This document shows positions 57,565-64,000 of a DNA stretch of 64,000 nt, piece after piece. Numbering within the stretch: the first letter of the stretch is position 1; the number at the start of each line of letters is the position of its first letter. This stretch comes from Spirochaetia bacterium (GTDB lineage Bacteria; Spirochaetota; Spirochaetia; SZUA-6; Bin103). The position numbers were made by a program, and so were the translations under genes. The notes below the pieces were generated by a model. That model made no database searches, was not told the DNA's origin, and saw nothing but the letters and a program-made list of their open reading frames with translations. The stretch is from positions 7,136,001-7,200,000 of the forward strand of contig CBDBDQ010000005.1 of NCBI GenBank assembly GCA_965203905.1. Reading direction: 5' to 3'.

Positions 57565-58510
57565 ACTGGAGTACGCGGTCGCGAAACCGCGGCAGCGGTT
57601 CGTGCTCGAAGTCGGGGTAGATCACCATTTCCTTGGGCGCCGTGATCTTGTTGTAGGCCGCGAACTGGGTCGAGGGCGGACATACCTGATCCATCAGGCC
57701 CACGCCCATCAGCACCTGCGCCTGGATGCGTGCGGCCAGATGCTGGACGTCGATGTAGCCGAGGCGCTCGAAGTAGAAGTGCTCCCGTTCGTGGGTGGGA
57801 TCGAACATGCGGAAGAAGTCACGCAACTCGCGGTAGGCGCGCTCGGCCTGATCCATCTGCCACACGCGCTGGTAGTCGCACAGGAACGGGTAGACCGGGG
57901 CCGCGCGCCTGATACGTGGCTCCAGGGCGGCACAGGCCAGCGTCAACCCGCCCCCCTGGGAGGCGCCGGTGGCACCGACGCGGGCGGCGTCCACTTCGTC
58001 CAGCGCCATCACGATGCGTGCCAGTGCCGCGGTGTCGAGGAAGATCTGGCGGTACAGGAGCTGGTCGGGGCCGTCGGCCAGGCCGCGAATGATGTGGCCG
58101 TACAGGGTGTTCCCGCGCACCCCGCCCGGATCCTCCGACTCGCCTCCCTGGCCGCGGCAGTCGAGCGCCGCCACGGTGAATCCGGCGGCCACGAAGGCGA
58201 GCAGCTCCGACCACTCGGGAGAGCTGCCCCGGTAGCCGTGGAACATGAGCACGGCCGGCCCGGGGGCGGCCACCGCCGCCGGCTGCAGCAGCTTGGCGTG
58301 GACCCGGGCACCGCCCACACCGGTGAAGTAAAGGTGCCGGCAGCGGGCGCAGGGCACCTGGAATCGGGCATCCACCAGCTCGACCGCATGGTCTGTTGCG
58401 TCCAACTCGGCGCCCGCGCGCTGCCAGTATTCATCGAAGTCCGCGGGACGCGGATTGCAGCCGCCGTAGCGCTTCAACTCGGCGAGCGGGAGGTCGAACA
58501 GGCCTGGCAT
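57548..58510 (-). CDS. Acetyl xylan esterase / cephalosporin-C deacetylase (CE7)
   Basis: RPADFDEYW, FHGY, DCRGQGG, GASQGG, DQVCPPSTQFAAYN and HE. Confidence 0.93.
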   Translation of the reverse strand: MPGLFDLPLAELKRYGGCNPRPADFDEYWQRAGAELDATDHAVELVDARFQVPCARCRHLYFTGVGGARVHAKLLQPAAVAAPGPAVLMFHGYRGSSPEWSELLAFVAAGFTVAALDCRGQGGESEDPGGVRGNTLYGHIIRGLADGPDQLLYRQIFLDTAALARIVMALDEVDAARVGATGASQGGGLTLACAALEPRIRRAAPVYPFLCDYQRVWQMDQAERAYRELRDFFRMFDPTHEREHFYFERLGYIDVQHLAARIQAQVLMGVGLMDQVCPPSTQFAAYNKITAPKEMVIYPDFEHEPLPRFRDRVLQFMLDL

Positions 58511-58511
58511 C

Positions 58512-58703
58512 TCATGCTCCTCGTTGCAACAGTGCGATCTGGCCGGCGTGGTAAACGCCGTGCCGCCCGACGGCGGCGTGCGCGCCGCAGTGCTCGCGTC
58601 GACACCCGCCAGGGCGCCCAGCACCGACGGCACGTAGTACGTAGTAGGCGGAGCCCTCGAAGGTCTGCGCCAGGAGGCGAGCGATGCGTGCCGTCTCGCT
58701 CAT
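58512..58703 (-). pseudogene. DinB-family protein remnant
   Basis: MSETARIARLLAQTFEG, out-of-frame PSVLGALAGVDASTAA, and terminal HGVYHAGQIALL. Carries a 7-bp tandem duplication and an internal deletion. Confidence 0.65.
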
Positions 58704-59485
58704 CGGGCGACTCCCTGCGCCGCGCCGTGGCGTTCACGCGCGCCGGCGAGCCAGCTCCGCAACTCCTCCCACAGCGCCCGGTAGGCCGCGGTCGCCGGGG
58801 CAGCCGCACGATGCGCGACGATCGGTTTGCGCGTCAGCCCCATCCGCTCGATTTCGGCGCGGTTGGGAATGGCCGTGTTCCAGAACCGCGCATCGCGCCG
58901 CCGCAACTCCGCCATGGCGTCGCGATGTAACCGTTTGCGCTGCTCCACCATGGAGAAGAACGGCCGAATCCGCTCGCGATCGGCGCCGGTCTTCGCCGCC
59001 AGCACCACCAGCTCCTCGTAGGCGCGAATCGCCAGCGGGGTCGGCACCACCGGTACCAGCAGCAGGTCGGCGACGGTCATCACCTGCTCCAGCAGGCGGC
59101 CGGCACTCGGCGGGCAGTCGAGGACCACCCAGGGATAGGAGCGGCGTACGCCGCGCAGTGCGGCGCCGATCCCGTGTCGCTTCGTGGCGCGCCGCTCCAG
59201 CAGCCGCTCCAGATGGCGCAACGCCAGCCGCGACGGCACCAGGTCCAGTCCCGGATACGGCGTATTCGCCACCTGGCCGGCCACGCCCGCCCGACCCCGC
59301 AGCAGGCGTGCGGGCTTGCGTCTGAGCGAGGCGGTTGGCGACAGATAGAAGCCGGCCGCCCCCTGGGCGTCCAGGTCCCACAACAGCGCGGGACCGTCGC
59401 TGCGCGCCGCCAGCAGTGCCAGGTTGACCGCGGTGGAGGTCTTGCCGACGCCTCCCTTCACGCTGCAGAGGGCCAGCACGGTCAC
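58700..59485 (-). CDS. Orphan ParA/MinD-family ATPase
   Basis: Deviant Walker A KGGVGKT, WDLDAQG and LDCPP. No parB nearby. Confidence 0.9.
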   Translation of the reverse strand: MTVLALCSVKGGVGKTSTAVNLALLAARSDGPALLWDLDAQGAAGFYLSPTASLRRKPARLLRGRAGVAGQVANTPYPGLDLVPSRLALRHLERLLERRATKRHGIGAALRGVRRSYPWVVLDCPPSAGRLLEQVMTVADLLLVPVVPTPLAIRAYEELVVLAAKTGADRERIRPFFSMVEQRKRLHRDAMAELRRRDARFWNTAIPNRAEIERMGLTRKPIVAHRAAAPATAAYRALWEELRSWLAGARERHGAAQGVAR

Positions 59486-59489
59486 TTGC

Positions 59490-61103
59490 TCACAGCCCTG
59501 CCACCGCGCCGATCAGGCGCTTCCGCAGACGCGGCCAGCGCCGTGCGAAGTCTTGCGCCGCAGCGTGCTCCATGCGCCCCAGCTGCTCCAGGATCGCCCG
59601 CGCCAGCGTCACCGCGGCTGCAGCGGCCTCCCCTTCCGCCGAGCGCTCCAGCAGCGGAACGACGGAACGGATCTCGGTGGCGGCCACGGCATCGTCGTTG
59701 AGCTCTCCAAGTGTCGTCTGCGCGGCGGCACAGCGCTCCACGATCGAGTCCAGAGCCCGATTGGCGCTGCGGCGCGGCAGGGCACCGGCGAACAGCTCGG
59801 CCGTGTACCGCAGCCGTTTCAGCCGCAGTCTCAGCCGGTGCAGGTCGCTGACGCGGACGGCGGTGGGCGCCGTCGCGGCGCGGCCCACTTTGATGGCCCG
59901 CGCCAGTGCCGTGCGGATCGCGGCCGCCGCCACCGCCGTCACCGGCTCGTCGACGCCGCCGACTCCTCCTCCCCAGTGCGACAGCAGGCCCGGCAGGTAC
60001 GCCAGCTCGGCGCGCGGCAACGCCTCCTGTACCCGCTGCAGCCGCGCGGCGCGCTGCGCGGACAGCGCATCCGCCAACTGCCGCAGTGCCCGGTCCCGCG
60101 TGCGCGCCACGGGTCGTTCCGCACCTTGCAGGTCGTCGTACACCGCTTGGGCCAGCGCGTCGAGGCGTGGCAGGAGCACGTCGAGATCGCGCACCGGCCC
60201 GATCAGTCGGGCCAGCGTGCCGAGCCGGTCGCGGAGGTCGCGTGCCTGCTGGCGATCGGCGAGGGCGGCGATGCGCAGCGCGAAACGGGCGCGCCGGGTG
60301 GCCACCCGGACGTCGTGCACGTATTCGGGATGACGGTCGTGGAGGACGCCGTCCAGGCAGCTCGCCAGCCGCAGCCCCTGGAGCCGTACCGACTTGGACA
60401 GCAGCGTGACCAGGCGGTCGCCGCGCCGCAGCCGCAACGGCCGCGGTACCGGCAGGCCGGGAGGCAGGCGTCCCAGCAGCTGCAAGCCGTTGGCGAGCGG
60501 ATCCCAGCGTGGCGCCGGCTGGCCCTTGCCGCAGCCGAGGAGGGCCGCATGCTCGGTCAGAACCAGGTCGAGGTAGGCCTGATCGTGCGGCGGGCCCGTG
60601 TCCGGCTCCAGGTACCAGCGCGGCGCAACGGCGCACACCTGCTCCGGAACGGCCGCGGCAGGCCGCGTGTCGGCGCCGTTGACGGCTGCCTGCTCCGGGT
60701 CGAGTTGGGCGGCGGAGAATGGCCCGCGGAAGCTCCACCCCTCAATCACCAGCGTCAGATCCCGGGTGGCCACGGAACGCAGCCGCAGCGCCGAACCGCT
60801 GCGCCGCGCGTGCAGCACCGGGTGCAGGTCCTTCTCGACGGGAAGCCATGGCGCGCGGCCGCGCAACTCGGCCAGGGAGCTGCCGTCGATCCAACCCGCG
60901 CGGTCGGCGCTGAAACGCCAGCGTGGGGCGCCCCGCCGCGGGCATCGCGCAAGCCGACCGCCACGGGCGAAGATCGCGCCGTCCTGCGTATCCACGAACA
61001 GCAGCGACTCCACGAACTTGCGCTGCCGCGCCACCCGGAAGCCGATACTCTCGAGGCCCGATGTAACGTCGTTAAAGACTGCGCTCAACAAGTATTGCAG
61101 CAT
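59490..61103 (-). CDS. CHAD-domain (polyphosphate-binding) protein
   Basis: EYVHDVRVATRRAR, GPVRDLDV, LHRLRLRLKRLRYTAE and QTTLGELND. Confidence 0.88.
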   Translation of the reverse strand: MLQYLLSAVFNDVTSGLESIGFRVARQRKFVESLLFVDTQDGAIFARGGRLARCPRRGAPRWRFSADRAGWIDGSSLAELRGRAPWLPVEKDLHPVLHARRSGSALRLRSVATRDLTLVIEGWSFRGPFSAAQLDPEQAAVNGADTRPAAAVPEQVCAVAPRWYLEPDTGPPHDQAYLDLVLTEHAALLGCGKGQPAPRWDPLANGLQLLGRLPPGLPVPRPLRLRRGDRLVTLLSKSVRLQGLRLASCLDGVLHDRHPEYVHDVRVATRRARFALRIAALADRQQARDLRDRLGTLARLIGPVRDLDVLLPRLDALAQAVYDDLQGAERPVARTRDRALRQLADALSAQRAARLQRVQEALPRAELAYLPGLLSHWGGGVGGVDEPVTAVAAAAIRTALARAIKVGRAATAPTAVRVSDLHRLRLRLKRLRYTAELFAGALPRRSANRALDSIVERCAAAQTTLGELNDDAVAATEIRSVVPLLERSAEGEAAAAAVTLARAILEQLGRMEHAAAQDFARRWPRLRKRLIGAVAGL

Positions 61104-61188
61104 GCGCGGCAGAGCCCGTGCTGTCAAATCGCAGAACCGCGCGCCGCCGGCCCGCAGGGCGCTGTATGCTAAACGCACGGAGGGCGCA

Positions 61189-61416
61189 ATGGGGACCATG
61201 GGGATCGTGCTGCTGAATCTTCTGTACTCGCTCGTCGGCGGAGGCGCCGCCATCGCCTTCATGTTCTTCGGCTATCGGGTGATCGACCACGTGACGCCGT
61301 TCGACACCGCGGAGCAACTCAGGGCGGGTAACGTGGCGGTCGGGATCATGGTAGGCGGCATGTTCGTCGGCATCGGCATCGCCGTCGGCCTGGTGGTCGG
61401 CATGGGGCTCAATTGA
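61189..61416 (+). CDS. DUF350-like small membrane protein
   Basis: Two TM helices flanking DHVTPFDTAEQLRAGNVAVG; GGAGG RBS. Confidence 0.75.
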   Translation: MGTMGIVLLNLLYSLVGGGAAIAFMFFGYRVIDHVTPFDTAEQLRAGNVAVGIMVGGMFVGIGIAVGLVVGMGLN

Positions 61417-62096
61417 GCAACGCGGCGCGGTGCGAACGGCGCCCGGCGTGGCTGGCGGCTGCGTTCGCCGCATTGGCGGCTCTGGGGTGCGCTCCGGCGG
61501 ATGAGGAGCAGGCGGCTGCCGGGGCAGCGCTGGAGTCGGCGCGGGAACCGGCCGCCGGCACCGACTCGGCTCTGTCCGCTGGTGCCGCGCTGCCGGGCAA
61601 GCTGCCGGTGGAGCACCACCAGTGGACGACCCGGTACGATCATCACTTCCGCAAGTACTCGAAACGGTTCTTCGGTCCCGGCTTCGATTGGCGCTGGTTC
61701 AAGGCCCAGGGCATCGCGGAGTCCAGCCTGCAGGAAGACGCGGTGAGCTGGGTCGGCGCCAAGGGAATCATGCAGATCATGCCCGCCACCCTGCAGGAGA
61801 TCGCCGAGAAGTCGTCGCTCCCCGTGCTCGACAGCAGCGATCCCGGCCTCAACATCGCCGCCGGCGTGTTCTACGACCGCAACCTGTACGAACGCTGGGA
61901 CGACATTCCGCACACCCATGAGCGGCTGGCGTTCACCTTCGCCAGCTACAACGGCGGCCGCAGCCGCATCCTGCGGGCCCAGGAGGCGTGCACCGGCGAC
62001 TGCGAACGATGGGGCCACGTCACCCACCACGCCCCGGAAGAGACCCGCGGCTACGTCGCCCGCATCATGTCTCTCATGGGCCACCAGCAGCCGTAG
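61413..62096 (+). CDS. SLT-domain lytic transglycosylase (putative lipoprotein)
   Basis: Lipobox-like ALGC, AESS (catalytic Glu), GAKGIMQIMP, ASYNGG and ETRGYV. Confidence 0.9.
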   Translation: MSNAARCERRPAWLAAAFAALAALGCAPADEEQAAAGAALESAREPAAGTDSALSAGAALPGKLPVEHHQWTTRYDHHFRKYSKRFFGPGFDWRWFKAQGIAESSLQEDAVSWVGAKGIMQIMPATLQEIAEKSSLPVLDSSDPGLNIAAGVFYDRNLYERWDDIPHTHERLAFTFASYNGGRSRILRAQEACTGDCERWGHVTHHAPEETRGYVARIMSLMGHQQP

Positions 62097-62128
62097 CCGT
62101 TCATTTGTATGAGCCCGGTAGCGCGTGG

Positions 62129-62707
62129 TTACGACCTGTCTCGGGAAGCCGCTCTCACACTCCTCATGAAGGCCGTAAACGTGGGGCTGCGACGGGCAAT
62201 TATGCTCGGCGTAACCTGCTCGGCGATCTGCGGGTCGTGGCGCGTCTTTATGAATTTGCGCCCGTTGTCGCGGAAGATCCTGCGAAGGATCTCGGCGGGC
62301 TGCGGACTATGTTCTGGGTTGCCCCGAACATTCACCCGCGCCCGTGGGCCGAGCACAGCCTGCAGTGCTTTTTCGTCGCAGGCAAGCCAACCCTCGAGTG
62401 CGCGGTCGACGATTGTGTATCGGACCGCCACCGTAGCGGCACGGTCCAGACGTCGCTGCGGTTGCACCACGCGTTGCTGCAATTGATCCGGGGTGGACTC
62501 TTCTCCATCGATACAAATCAGAATGCGATTCAGGTCGGGATGCTGCTGCAGCAGGCTGCGGACATACGGTTCCATCCGCTCGGCGGACAACATGCTGCCT
62601 CGGTCCACCACTCGACATCTGACCGCACCTCGGTAGCCGATCTTCCGGATCAGAATCGGGAGCGTATCCTTGTCACTCTGCCCTTCGACGAACAGTCCGA
62701 GGCTCAC
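62129..62707 (-). CDS. TOPRIM-like DUF4276-type protein
   Basis: LFVEGQSD, ICIDGE, ALEGWLACD and RSPTF; GTGA-coupled to the ATPase. Confidence 0.7.
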   Translation of the reverse strand: MSLGLFVEGQSDKDTLPILIRKIGYRGAVRCRVVDRGSMLSAERMEPYVRSLLQQHPDLNRILICIDGEESTPDQLQQRVVQPQRRLDRAATVAVRYTIVDRALEGWLACDEKALQAVLGPRARVNVRGNPEHSPQPAEILRRIFRDNGRKFIKTRHDPQIAEQVTPSIIARRSPTFTAFMRSVRAASRDRS

Positions 62708-63822
62708 GGCACGCCGCCGAGATAGCCCGCATACCAAGCATCTCCGGCACCCAGTTCCTCCACCAGTTCTCGCGTGTCAACATCGCCCCGCAACGGTCGC
62801 ACCGTGGTAGCGCCATCTGCTTTCTCCACCACCACGAAGTCCTCGTGCGGCAACCAGCGCAACAGATACGGCGAGTGGGTTGTAACAATCACCTGGGTTT
62901 CCGCGGAGGCGGATTTCAGGAGATCGGCGATCGCCTCCAGCATGCGGGGATGAATGCCGGCTTCGGGGGACTCCAGGCATATGAGATCAGGCGGTTTGGG
63001 GGTGACCAGGGCGACCCCGATGGCGAGGGCCAGCAGCGTGCCGTCGGAGAGCCCCCAGGAACCTACGGGGTGTGGAACTCCGCGCTCCGCCAGGGCCACG
63101 TAGGTCTGCCCCTCTCCAAAGATTGGAGACACGAGCCGTTCCACGGTGGGGACACACCCTCTGAGAAAGTCCAGCGCGTCGTCGAGCGCCGGATGGCCGT
63201 CGGAAAACAGGGTGTGTACTACCGTAGCGAGATTGCTTCCGTCCACGTCCAACCGATAGTCCCGAGTAATAGGCTTGGGACCTCTGGTTTCGCCGGGCAC
63301 AAGATTGTGGAAGCTCCAATCGGGGAGCCGCAGTTTGGGGATCTTCCGCACCAACGTCTTGGTGATGCCGAGGTGAGCCACGCTATAGGCGCCATCGGGG
63401 GGATTCGCGAGAACGCCACTCGATAGTGCAACTCTATTGCCCTCTCGTGCGATCACTCGCGCCTCGTTCACGACAAGCGACTCGGGATCGGCGACGACGC
63501 CAAGTTGACCGAGTCTCTGGATGTTCGCGCAGAACGACACCCCAAGATCGGATTCCTGCTCAAAGTCGACTCCTACTCTCAACCTGGAATCAGACCTGCC
63601 ACCCCACACGACTTCCGTCCAGCCACCCCGAGCGTCTACCTCCTGATTCAGATTCCGTCCCTTCCACGCAAAAGCATCGATCAACCTCAGCGCATCCAAC
63701 ACGCTGGATTTGCCCGAGCCGTTGGGACCGATCAGTACCGTCAGTGGCCCGAGGTCAAGCTCGACGTTGCGGAGGCTCCGGAAGTTCCTAACCGCGATCC
63801 GGCTAATCATCCCAGTCCCCAT
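62704..63822 (-). CDS. AAA_21/AAA_15-type ABC ATPase
   Basis: VRNFRSL, GPNGSGKS, LSDG, LESPEAGIHP and TTHSP. Confidence 0.88.
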   Translation of the reverse strand: MGTGMISRIAVRNFRSLRNVELDLGPLTVLIGPNGSGKSSVLDALRLIDAFAWKGRNLNQEVDARGGWTEVVWGGRSDSRLRVGVDFEQESDLGVSFCANIQRLGQLGVVADPESLVVNEARVIAREGNRVALSSGVLANPPDGAYSVAHLGITKTLVRKIPKLRLPDWSFHNLVPGETRGPKPITRDYRLDVDGSNLATVVHTLFSDGHPALDDALDFLRGCVPTVERLVSPIFGEGQTYVALAERGVPHPVGSWGLSDGTLLALAIGVALVTPKPPDLICLESPEAGIHPRMLEAIADLLKSASAETQVIVTTHSPYLLRWLPHEDFVVVEKADGATTVRPLRGDVDTRELVEELGAGDAWYAGYLGGVP

Positions 63823-63899
63823 GCTACCACTCGCGCCCCGGAGCGCACAGGACGCATATTCTCGACAGTTCCGGCAAACCGGCGTTGGCGCGGCGGTGG

Positions 63900-64000
63900 T
63901 TACCAGCCCAGCCGCGTGCGCAGGGTGGTGATGTGGGCGAGGTGGTGGCGGGAGTGCCAGGCATACCCCTGGATGACGCGGCTCACCGTCATGGGACCGT
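63900..64000 (-). CDS. YfiT/BstA (DinB-like) metal-dependent thiol transferase, 3' end only
   Basis: Manual translation gives ...VIQGYAWHSRHHLAHITTLRTRLGW*. Confidence 0.75.
   Translation of the reverse strand, partial: GPMTVSRVIQGYAWHSRHHLAHITTLRTRLGW

Noticed and set aside
58700-59485. ParA as evidence of a plasmid or chromosome partition locus
   Set aside because: No parB, parS or rep is present; the gene is coupled to a CHAD gene.

Overview
Bacterial window with two compositionally different halves. Positions ~1-27,970 are a visibly lower-GC, heavily eroded accessory island. It holds IS110, IS21, IS1380 and serine-recombinase remnants, an intact uncharacterised ABC-exporter operon and glycan-scavenging genes (sugar ABC importer, GH10-like hydrolase, BNR sialidase, two metallophosphoesterases, NagB-like deaminase, decayed ROK/GntR genes). 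Positions ~28,000-64,000 are high-GC backbone. It carries larEBC nickel-pincer cofactor genes without larA, an APS kinase, a desaturase/ABC/dehydrogenase group, and a mono-modular type I PKS (KS-AT-DH-pseudoMT-ER-KR-ACP) with a reductase-sulfotransferase partner, the architecture of the sponge-symbiont swfA/swfB system. An intact IS66 with perfect IRs and an 8-bp TSD sits between those two genes. The backbone also has an NCS2 permease fusion, an SPL-like radical SAM enzyme, a P450, a CE7 esterase, CHAD-ParA, an SLT and an AAA-ATPase/TOPRIM-like pair. The most interesting signals are the swf-type putative alkyl-sulfate pathway, a RuvC-deleted IS110 whose non-coding end carries guide-like matches to its own flank and right end (bridge-RNA-like), and an in-frame IS1380 transposase-AraC chimera. 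No rRNA, tRNA or CRISPR array was seen. All calls come from motif recognition by eye; no database search was run.
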